20,000 nt of DNA from an uncultured virus (IMG/VR IMGVR_UViG_3300034061_005432) (lineage: Duplodnaviria > Heunggongvirae > Uroviricota > Caudoviricetes): IMG/VR virus record IMGVR_UViG_3300034061_005432, positions 51,583-71,582 of that record. The stretch is one strand, 5' to 3'. The notes beneath the pieces were generated by a model, which did not search any database, was not told the origin of the DNA, and saw nothing but the letters and a program-made list of their open reading frames with translations. Shown piece by piece: positions 1 to 7,147 of the stretch; within the stretch, counting starts at the first letter, position 1; each line of letters starts with the position of its first letter. The translations under genes and the position numbers were made by a program.

Positions 1-685
1 CGCAAATAAGGCTCGTGTTAAACAGTCTATTGATGATTATAAAGTTCACATCACAAAAACCACAAAGGCAGGTAACATGATGTCTCGTCAAGCTCACATG
101 GAACTTTTGATTAAGGAGGGTAAGAACCCTGGTCTTGGTGATACAATTTTTTATGTTAATAACGGTGAAAAGAAATCACACGGAGATGTTCAAAAGAAAA
201 AAGACGAATTAGTTTTAAATTGTTATTTGATTGATGAAAAAGAAATAGAAAGGAACCCCGATTTATTAGGTGAGTATAACATTGCAAGATATATGGCGGC
301 GTTTAATAAAAGGATTGAACCACTATTGGTTGTATACAAACCTGAAATCAGAGAAGATATTTTAATTGAGGACCCTAAGGACAGACCTATATTCACAAAG
401 ACACAAACAGAACTTGTGAGAGGCTACCCAATGAAAGAAGCGCACCAAGATACATTAGAGGAAGTTTTATCACTGTCAGACATGGAATTAACATTTTGGA
501 AAAATGTTGGGATAGATCCGTATTACATGTATATTGATGACACTTTAAATTTAGTTGATGTAGAGTGGGTTGAAAAAAATAGAGTTATGATGGAGGAATA
601 TGTGAAACAAAACAAAAAAATTGACCAAGAAGAATTCTATGAGTTTGATGTGGACGGTGATCTTATGTCGTTATCGTTTGATTAG
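1..685 (+). CDS. Family B DNA polymerase, C-terminal (thumb) part; 5'-truncated by the window edge
   Basis: The frame is open from base 2 (ANKARVKQSIDDYK...), so the ATG at 77 is internal. AHMELLIKEGKNPGLGDTIFYV and YNIARYMAAFNKRIEPLL resemble the PolB thumb patterns H...pGdxIxYv and dxxYY..ql...v.ril. Ends at TAG 683-685. Confidence 0.7.
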   Translation, partial: ANKARVKQSIDDYKVHITKTTKAGNMMSRQAHMELLIKEGKNPGLGDTIFYVNNGEKKSHGDVQKKKDELVLNCYLIDEKEIERNPDLLGEYNIARYMAAFNKRIEPLLVVYKPEIREDILIEDPKDRPIFTKTQTELVRGYPMKEAHQDTLEEVLSLSDMELTFWKNVGIDPYYMYIDDTLNLVDVEWVEKNRVMMEEYVKQNKKIDQEEFYEFDVDGDLMSLSFD

Positions 686-1014
686 GAATTTTTTAAACCG
701 TCAGATGAAAGTATATACCAAAAACCATTTATATATTTAAATTCAACACATGACCCTTTATCAAGTTCCACTTCATTAAACTCTTCATCAATTAAACTTT
801 CAGTTTTTACTAAAACTTTGGTTAATGATTTAACAACTACATGGTCAGTGTTGTTATGATTTAAATATAATTCGTGATTTTCTTCACCTTTATAAACAAT
901 CACATATTCACCATTTGTAGTATAGTCTTGACTAATTACTACTGCGGAGTCCGATGTCTCAATTTGATTTCCATTAATAATTCTTAATGAAGGTATGGAT
1001 CTAAAAACTGGCAT
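682..1014 (-). CDS. Small beta-rich hypothetical protein, possibly a virion appendage module
   Basis: 110-aa ORF starting 7 nt after the neck gene stop. The pattern VVVKSL...LIDE...VELDKGSCVEFKYINGFWYIL resembles small beta-sandwich modules of phage fibre/baseplate proteins. Confidence 0.5.
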   Translation of the reverse strand: MPVFRSIPSLRIINGNQIETSDSAVVISQDYTTNGEYVIVYKGEENHELYLNHNNTDHVVVKSLTKVLVKTESLIDEEFNEVELDKGSCVEFKYINGFWYILSSDGLKNS

Positions 1015-1021
1015 ATTTTAA

Positions 1022-2140
1022 TTATATGACGGTATATGGACTTGTAAATGGTCTAAACTTAAGGGTTTTGTTCATATTTTCAGCCTGTAACCCTTTAATT
1101 TCCCATTGTTTTTCCGGTCTTAGTCTTTCTAAACGAGTTTTTAATTCTTCCCATAACATAGCTTTTTCATCTTTTGCTTCTGTTTGTAAACTCTGATATT
1201 CTAGTGTAAGTTCTGAATCTGGTGTTTTTAAGTTTCCACTATATTTTCCTCTTACTCTTGCCAATGTTTCTTTACAATACGCTGTAAACCATCTTCTTAC
1301 CCAAGTTTGTGCCGGTGAGTTCAATTCGTCCCATCTCATTTCATCGATAGGAACATCTGAAGGAAGTTTTACAACATCCTTATTTGCTGCTAAACAACCA
1401 TCCCTATCAAATGTATCGTAGTACCAATACCATACTCTATATTTTTGGAAATTAATATTCCCAAAGTCAAATTTTCCACCAGGTACATTCATTAAATGTA
1501 ATGCCTTTTTACCTTCAGGTAATGCTGTAATTCGATATGTAAGTTCACCTGTAATTATTCTTCTTTTAATATTGATGTCCGACATTCTCAAAAGGATGTC
1601 AAAGGCAGGTGTAATAAAATAATTACCTGTCGTACCCATTTGAGAAAATCCAGCTCCCCCACCCAATCCAATACCACCGAATCCACCAAATCCACCCATG
1701 AATGGATCAAAGTAAGCTGCGTCTAATTCTGATCTTGAAAACCAAAGTAATTCATTTACTTCTCTACCTGCCGGTATTTCATATATCTGTTGGTGAGGTA
1801 CTAACTCAATATAGTCTTTTTTCAATACCCAATCACCACCAGCTTGGAGACCCACGATTTTAGAATAAGCGTATGTATATTGAGTTTCCCAATCTAATGA
1901 TCTTGTTGTAAAGGCTCTCGTTAGCGATTGTTCATCTAAGTTCATTCCGTAAAGTGAGGACCACTGACTTTCAATCAACCAATCATTAACATGTTGTGCG
2001 TAATCTTGTACTGATAATTCTAAAAGTGAGTCCAACATTTCATCTTCGAGTTCGACTGAACGCAATGGTGCCCCCAAAAGATTTTTAATTCTTTTGTAAA
2101 GTTTACTTCTTTCTGGTTCTGTAATTATTGCTGTGGACAT
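1022..2140 (-). CDS. Neck / head-tail adaptor protein, T4 gp13-like
   Basis: N-terminal LYKRIKNLLGAPLRSVELEDEMLD and C-terminal WVRRWFTAYCKETLARVRGKYSG..TP....L....L..EA..E...L.EEL match the gp13-family layout. Contains an internal Gly-rich segment GGFGGFGGIGLGGGAGF. Confidence 0.8.
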   Translation of the reverse strand: MSTAIITEPERSKLYKRIKNLLGAPLRSVELEDEMLDSLLELSVQDYAQHVNDWLIESQWSSLYGMNLDEQSLTRAFTTRSLDWETQYTYAYSKIVGLQAGGDWVLKKDYIELVPHQQIYEIPAGREVNELLWFSRSELDAAYFDPFMGGFGGFGGIGLGGGAGFSQMGTTGNYFITPAFDILLRMSDINIKRRIITGELTYRITALPEGKKALHLMNVPGGKFDFGNINFQKYRVWYWYYDTFDRDGCLAANKDVVKLPSDVPIDEMRWDELNSPAQTWVRRWFTAYCKETLARVRGKYSGNLKTPDSELTLEYQSLQTEAKDEKAMLWEELKTRLERLRPEKQWEIKGLQAENMNKTLKFRPFTSPYTVI

Positions 2141-2154
2141 AAGAATATTTTCTA

Positions 2155-2173
2155 TATAAATATCTTATAAATA
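2155..2173 (-). promoter_or_regulatory. Two copies of the TATTTATA putative late-promoter motif upstream of the neck gene
   Basis: Plus-strand TATAAATA at 2155-2162 and 2166-2173; the nearer copy is 14 nt from the ATG. Confidence 0.6.
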
Positions 2174-2181
2174 AAAAGACA

Positions 2182-3267
2182 TTAAAATTTCCTTTTGGTT
2201 TGTGTGGTGTAGAGATCATTTACGAACCCCCAATTTACAACTTTCCAAAAATTACTAATATATTTGTCTCTTTCATTTTTGTACTTGAGGTAATATGCGT
2301 GTTCCCATAAATCTAATCCTAATAGTGGATACCCCCCGTTTTTTTCAATATCCATTAATGGGTTATCTTGGTTTGCTGTAGTGACAATTTTAAGACCATT
2401 TGTTTTGGTTAAAACCAACCAAACCCATCCTGAACCAAATCTACTTTTGGCTTCTGATTCAAATTTTTCTTTAAATTTTTCAAAAGACCCAAAGTGTTTG
2501 TCAATTTTAGTTTTAATAGGATCTATTAATTCTTGTTTTTTGGGTGAAAGCATTTTCCAAAAAAGAGCGTGATTAAAAGCCCCACCACCATTATTTCTAA
2601 CTTTTGTATTAAATTTTGAAATTTTGAGTATTATTTCTTCTAAATCTAAATCTTTACCTGAAATCTTATCTAATTCTAAATTTAATTTTTCAACATACCC
2701 TTTATAGTGTTTGTTATAATGAGTTTTCATAGTTTCAGTATCTATGAATTTTCCTAACGAATCAAAATCGTATGGTAATTTATCGATACTAATGTGTTTA
2801 ATTTCACTTATAATTTTTTCATTATTAAATGAAACTATTTCCAACTTATTTTCTATCTCATTTATTTTTTTTTCAAACTTTGTATAGATAATGTCTTCTA
2901 ATTTTTTGTTACTTTTTTCGAAGTTTTTAACATCTTTACCTGAAATCGCATTAGCATCATCTTCGTTTTCACCACCAATGTCTTTTCCCTTTTTTCTTTT
3001 TAAAACGGTTCTTTGGTATTCGTGTTGCCACTCATGAGACAATGTTCTTAAAATATCACGATTTAATCTGTCTTTAACTAACACTTTTAGAACACTACTA
3101 TCGGTTCTCGACCCCGTGGTCATAGTACCGAATCTTTTGTTTGTGAAAATTATTTTAACATCACCTTTAAGGGGATATTCTTTTTTAAGATAAGTAATAA
3201 ATCTTTTGATTAATAATTCTTGATCTACTTTTGGCGTGATTCCTTTATATGATATTTCAACATTCAT
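2182..3267 (-). CDS. Fusion of an N-terminal HEXXH (ImmA/IrrE-like) metallopeptidase domain and a C-terminal Fe/Mn superoxide dismutase (Mn-type signature)
   Basis: SOD motifs LPY..., ETMKTHYNKHYKGYV, NNGGGAFNHALFW, GSGWVWL, TANQDNP and DLWEHAYY, with all four metal ligands present. The N-terminal domain has LSHEWQHEYQ followed by ENEDDANA. ATG at 3267 is preferred over the track's GTG at 3282 because it lies just after the TATTTATA motif. Confidence 0.9.
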   Translation of the reverse strand: MNVEISYKGITPKVDQELLIKRFITYLKKEYPLKGDVKIIFTNKRFGTMTTGSRTDSSVLKVLVKDRLNRDILRTLSHEWQHEYQRTVLKRKKGKDIGGENEDDANAISGKDVKNFEKSNKKLEDIIYTKFEKKINEIENKLEIVSFNNEKIISEIKHISIDKLPYDFDSLGKFIDTETMKTHYNKHYKGYVEKLNLELDKISGKDLDLEEIILKISKFNTKVRNNGGGAFNHALFWKMLSPKKQELIDPIKTKIDKHFGSFEKFKEKFESEAKSRFGSGWVWLVLTKTNGLKIVTTANQDNPLMDIEKNGGYPLLGLDLWEHAYYLKYKNERDKYISNFWKVVNWGFVNDLYTTQTKRKF

Positions 3268-3270
3268 ATG

Positions 3271-3278
3271 TATAAATA
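3271..3278 (-). promoter_or_regulatory. TATTTATA putative late-promoter motif upstream of the peptidase-SOD gene
   Basis: 3 nt upstream of ATG 3267 on the minus strand. Confidence 0.6.
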
Positions 3279-5042
3279 TCACCTTTGTTTAGAAATCATA
3301 TTTAACATTTCTTCTATTGTGGATGCGTCATCCATCATATCATCACCCATTACTGTAGAAATGATCTTTTTCTTTCTATTTAGTATATCGTAGATTGCAC
3401 CCTCAATTGTATTTTCAAAAATAGGATAATATACTGATGTTGAATTTTTTTGTCCAATTCTATGTGATCTATCTTCAGCTTGCGAATGTTCTGCAGGTAC
3501 AAAAGATAAATCATTCATGATTACAGCTTCCGCTGAGGTTAAAGTTAATCCAACCCCCGCTGCTTTTAAATTACCAACAAATACTTTTATTTTATCGTTC
3601 GTTTGAAATTCGTCTACAGAATTTTGTCGGTGCGGTTTCGAACAAGATCCATCTAAATAGACTGCAGACTTACCAAAGTGATTATAAATTTCTTGTAGTG
3701 TATCTGTAAAATTTGTAAAAATAATAACTTTTTTACCTTGGTCTATAATATTCTCAGCAAGTTCTATAGTGCTTTTTACTTTCTCACTTGCAATTATTTT
3801 TCTCACTTTCATTAATTTCCCAAACTGCAAAGTTAATGATGACGATTCTTCACTATTGTTGTCATACCAATCAAAATACTCACCCATCAAATCTTCATAG
3901 TCTTTTGATTTAAGTCTTAAATAGACAGGTGTGATAATTTTTTCAGGTAAATCTAAAACATCTTCTTTTAGTCTTCTGAGGATGTGAGTTTGTGTCCTAT
4001 CTCTTAATTCATCTAAGTTTGAGGCTCCCGTAACATTCCAAACTTTTCTTTTCCCAACACTAAATTGGAATCCGTTACAATATCTTTTAGCATACGCCAT
4101 CCAATTCATAGCAACAGGACTGTCAACAAGATTTAAAAGATTATAATAATTCATAGGTCTGGATGTCATTGGGGTTCCCGATAATAACCACACCCTTGTT
4201 GATTTTTGTGTTATATCATTAACTATTTTTGTCCTTTGAGCTTGGGGATTAGAGATCATATGAGCCTCGTCCATAATAATAAGATCAAAGTTAGACTTTA
4301 AAATTGTGGATTCATCTTTCTTTTTTGGGTCGTGAAAATTTTTAAGTATGTCATAATTGATGATGACAAAATCGTGTTCGTCTGAAAACTTTTTTCCTTC
4401 AGAAATATAAACAGATCTATCTGAGTAGTTTTCAATCTCTCTTTGCCAATTTATTTTCAAAGAAGCGGGACAAACAATTAATATTTTTTTAGCTCTCGTC
4501 TCAAGTGCTGCGATAATTGTTGCAGTAGTCTTACCAAGACCCATATCATCTGCCAAAATAAACTTTTTGTTTCTAACAAGTTTTTCTATTGCTTCTTTTT
4601 GGTGATCCATCGGAGGTCTGTGATTATATTTATCATATTCAATAAGCACATTTTTAACTTCATTGTCTTTAATTAGCGCTGATTTTGGCATCCAAAAATC
4701 ATGTAAAGTTTCACCTGAAAATATTTTACCCCAAATATGATAAGCTTTGTCTTTTTCAACTAATAACTTTTCTACATATATTTCTGACGGTTCTTTCGTG
4801 TACATTTTGTCCTCCATCAGTTTTTTCCCAAAGTAACTATCTAACTTGACCCACTTTTTTGCAACTTTAGGTGTTGTGTTTTTGTAAAGGTTGATGTAAT
4901 CCGATTGACTTCTTGTTGGTGTAAAAGATCTACTATTTTCTTTTTTATGTTTCAAATTTAGAATATAGTTATTTGACCCGTCATAACTTTCAAGTGCGAC
5001 GAGTGCTTTAGATTCGGGGGTTTTAGGAATAAAATCTTCCAT
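3279..5042 (-). CDS. SNF2-family helicase/ATPase, SMARCAL1/HARP-like
   Basis: Motifs ILADDMGLGKT (Walker A), VCPASLKINW, DEAH, LLSGTP, RRLKEDVLDLPEK, AAGVGLTLT and QAEDRSHRIGQ. Confidence 0.92.
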   Translation of the reverse strand: MEDFIPKTPESKALVALESYDGSNNYILNLKHKKENSRSFTPTRSQSDYINLYKNTTPKVAKKWVKLDSYFGKKLMEDKMYTKEPSEIYVEKLLVEKDKAYHIWGKIFSGETLHDFWMPKSALIKDNEVKNVLIEYDKYNHRPPMDHQKEAIEKLVRNKKFILADDMGLGKTTATIIAALETRAKKILIVCPASLKINWQREIENYSDRSVYISEGKKFSDEHDFVIINYDILKNFHDPKKKDESTILKSNFDLIIMDEAHMISNPQAQRTKIVNDITQKSTRVWLLSGTPMTSRPMNYYNLLNLVDSPVAMNWMAYAKRYCNGFQFSVGKRKVWNVTGASNLDELRDRTQTHILRRLKEDVLDLPEKIITPVYLRLKSKDYEDLMGEYFDWYDNNSEESSSLTLQFGKLMKVRKIIASEKVKSTIELAENIIDQGKKVIIFTNFTDTLQEIYNHFGKSAVYLDGSCSKPHRQNSVDEFQTNDKIKVFVGNLKAAGVGLTLTSAEAVIMNDLSFVPAEHSQAEDRSHRIGQKNSTSVYYPIFENTIEGAIYDILNRKKKIISTVMGDDMMDDASTIEEMLNMISKQR

Positions 5043-5089
5043 AATTAATAATTAAAAATAAGTATTAACAACTAAAAAATCAATCAAAG

Positions 5090-5097
5090 TATTTATA
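5090..5097 (+). promoter_or_regulatory. TATTTATA putative late-promoter motif
   Basis: 3 nt upstream of ATG 5101. Confidence 0.6.
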
Positions 5098-5100
5098 GAT

Positions 5101-5616
5101 ATGGCAGATAATAGAGTTCCAATTACTAGACTTAATAAGTTTTTTTCAGAACAGGACTTTGATTTGGACCTTTCGATGGGTGAAGAATGGTTATTAGGTG
5201 ATATGAATTTCACACTTGTTTTGTATCGAGTAGATAGACAACGAACCGATACTGATGATGTTTACGGTGAGGCTATTTCAGATGCTATACAATTTTTACC
5301 TCCTGTTGAATTTAAGGGATATGTCAAAATAGATACTCCTACTAATTCAGATTTAGGATCTTCAAAACTTTATCAGTCGGAACCTGGTAATCTAACAGTT
5401 AGTGTTTACCAAAAAACATTAGTAGAACTTGCTGTGGAAATTTCTTTAGGTGATTATATTGGTTATTACGAAACAGAAAATAGAGTTAGGTATTATAGTG
5501 TTGTTGATGATGGTAGGGTTGTTTCTGATTTGAAACATTCATACGGAGGATATAAACCGTTTTATAGAACCATAAAAGCGGCTCCTGTTACGGATAACGA
5601 ATTTAGAGGAATATAA
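5101..5616 (+). CDS. Neck / head-closure protein, T4 gp14-like
   Basis: 171 aa with DDVYGE..., FLPPVE, a GD-containing beta strand and RYYSV; positioned before the tail terminator and sheath. Confidence 0.6.
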   Translation: MADNRVPITRLNKFFSEQDFDLDLSMGEEWLLGDMNFTLVLYRVDRQRTDTDDVYGEAISDAIQFLPPVEFKGYVKIDTPTNSDLGSSKLYQSEPGNLTVSVYQKTLVELAVEISLGDYIGYYETENRVRYYSVVDDGRVVSDLKHSYGGYKPFYRTIKAAPVTDNEFRGI

Positions 5617-5618
5617 TT

Positions 5619-6860
5619 ATGGCTTTACCAAAACAATTTATAAAAAAACTTCCTTTAGTCCCTCAGAAAGTTGGGGTAGAACGAAGACAGGAATTGTTGG
5701 AAGAAATAACCGACAAAGGAACTTATTTACCAAAGGGTGTTTTACATGCCGATTTGGATAGGGGGATGTTAGACTTTGTAAAGAACCAACTAAAGTTAGT
5801 TGTTGATGAAAAAAAAGTACCGACAATAGATAGAATCATTACAAACCAAAGTTGGATTCAATTTACAGAAACTTGGGACTTTAAGGATTTAGATAGTAAT
5901 ATAACATTACCATTTATATCTACTGTTAGAATGCCTGAAGTAAAATACGGAACTAATAATGCTGGTAGAGCAAATATTCCAGAAAGAAGACAGTTCTTCT
6001 ATTACAGTGTCCCAACTTGGGACGGTCAAAGAAAAGGTGCGGATGTTTATAAAATACCACAACCAATTCCGGTAGATATTACTTATAATGTAAGAATATT
6101 TTGTAATAGAATGAGAGAGGTAAATGACTTCAACAAAATTATGATGAGAACATTTACTTCAAAACAAGCATATACGCAAATCAAAGGACACTACATTCCA
6201 ATGACATTGGAGGATGTTTCAGATGAATCAGTAAAAGAAATAGAAAAAAGAAAATATTACATATCGACATATAAAATACTAATGATGGGTATTTTGATAG
6301 ATGAAGAAGAGTTTGAGGTTACTCCAGCAATTTCAAGACAAGTTTCACTTTTTGAATTTGATACAAGAAAAAAATCAAAAAGGGCGGTTATTGAACCACC
6401 GAATCCCACAGATTTTAATTTAGACTTTTTGTTTGTCACAGGTAATACTTCATTGACAGAGGTATTCAGATATAATGCAGATATTAGAATCTTAAGAACT
6501 GACAATGTCGAAAGTTGCTATAAAATATTTTACACATCCACAACTAATAATACTTTAAGTTACACTGTTTGTAACGGATCACCAACTACATTATCGCTTT
6601 CGCCGGGTAATACAGGAAATGTTTGTGTACAAGGTGGGTCTACACCCACATTATCAAATACTACTGGGGGAACTATCACGACTTCATCTTCATGTACACC
6701 AGGATATTCAGTATATGTAACAAGAAATTTTGTAACATATTATTTGGGTGATGATATTGAGACAATTCAAGTAAATGCTGGAGACACTTTGAATGTGCAA
6801 GTAAATAAATTGAATTCCTCTGAGTCAGCAACAATTTATACTAATGTTACTTTAGTATAA
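5619..6860 (+). CDS. Tail terminator / sheath stabiliser (T4 gp15-like) with a C-terminal extension
   Basis: LPFISTVR and IPQPIPVDITYNVRIFCNRMREVN resemble gp15-family motifs. Synteny between neck and sheath supports the call. Confidence 0.65.
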   Translation: MALPKQFIKKLPLVPQKVGVERRQELLEEITDKGTYLPKGVLHADLDRGMLDFVKNQLKLVVDEKKVPTIDRIITNQSWIQFTETWDFKDLDSNITLPFISTVRMPEVKYGTNNAGRANIPERRQFFYYSVPTWDGQRKGADVYKIPQPIPVDITYNVRIFCNRMREVNDFNKIMMRTFTSKQAYTQIKGHYIPMTLEDVSDESVKEIEKRKYYISTYKILMMGILIDEEEFEVTPAISRQVSLFEFDTRKKSKRAVIEPPNPTDFNLDFLFVTGNTSLTEVFRYNADIRILRTDNVESCYKIFYTSTTNNTLSYTVCNGSPTTLSLSPGNTGNVCVQGGSTPTLSNTTGGTITTSSSCTPGYSVYVTRNFVTYYLGDDIETIQVNAGDTLNVQVNKLNSSESATIYTNVTLV

Positions 6861-7010
6861 TTACTCACCGTATATATCTTTTACTTCTTCACAATTTTTT
6901 TTAATCAGATTTTCCAAAAATTTATATATCTTAAGTCCCTTCTTTTCACAGTACTTTTTTAGTAGTTCATGACTTTCTACTGATATTTTTATGTTTTTGA
7001 TTTTTTTCAT
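6861..7010 (-). CDS. Small ribbon-helix-helix-like DNA-binding protein (49 aa; not in ORF track)
   Basis: Translated by hand: MKKIKNIKISVESHELLKKYCEKKGLKIYKFLENLIKKNCEEVKDIYGE*. Strand KNIKIS, helix, Gly turn, helix. It has its own TATTTATT motif 4 nt upstream, and its stop abuts the stop of the gp15-like gene. Confidence 0.7.
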   Translation of the reverse strand: MKKIKNIKISVESHELLKKYCEKKGLKIYKFLENLIKKNCEEVKDIYGE

Positions 7011-7014
7011 TAGA

Positions 7015-7022
7015 AATAAATA
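7015..7022 (-). promoter_or_regulatory. TATTTATT putative late-promoter motif upstream of the RHH-like gene
   Basis: 4 nt upstream of ATG 7010 on the minus strand. Confidence 0.5.
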
Positions 7023-7029
7023 TTTTATT

Positions 7030-7051
7030 AGGCAGAAAAAAGGCAGAAAAA
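7030..7051. repeat. Perfect 11-bp tandem direct repeat AGGCAGAAAAA x2; candidate operator
   Basis: Seen at 7030-7040 and 7041-7051 in the divergent intergenic region between the RHH-like gene and the sheath gene. Confidence 0.6.
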
Positions 7052-7108
7052 ATACATACTTCCTTTAAAATAATAGAATCAGAGTCAGTTTTTTACTTTT
7101 TGATGATG

Positions 7109-7116
7109 TATTTATA
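7109..7116 (+). promoter_or_regulatory. TATTTATA putative late-promoter motif
   Basis: 31 nt upstream of the sheath ATG. Confidence 0.6.
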
Positions 7117-7147
7117 GATAAAATAAATCATTTATTAATAACTAAAA

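Noticed and set aside
1650..1700. CCACC-rich DNA stretch
   Set aside because: Explained by Gly codons of the GGFGGFGGIGLGGG segment in the neck protein.
3268..3282. GTG start at 3282 for the peptidase-SOD gene
   Set aside because: It would place the TATTTATA motif inside the CDS. ATG 3267 matches the 3-nt spacing seen at 5101. Not fully excluded, since GTGA overlaps the helicase stop.
5055..5083. Minus-strand TTGATT-17-TATTTT as a helicase promoter
   Set aside because: Plausible but too weak to call in such AT-rich sequence.
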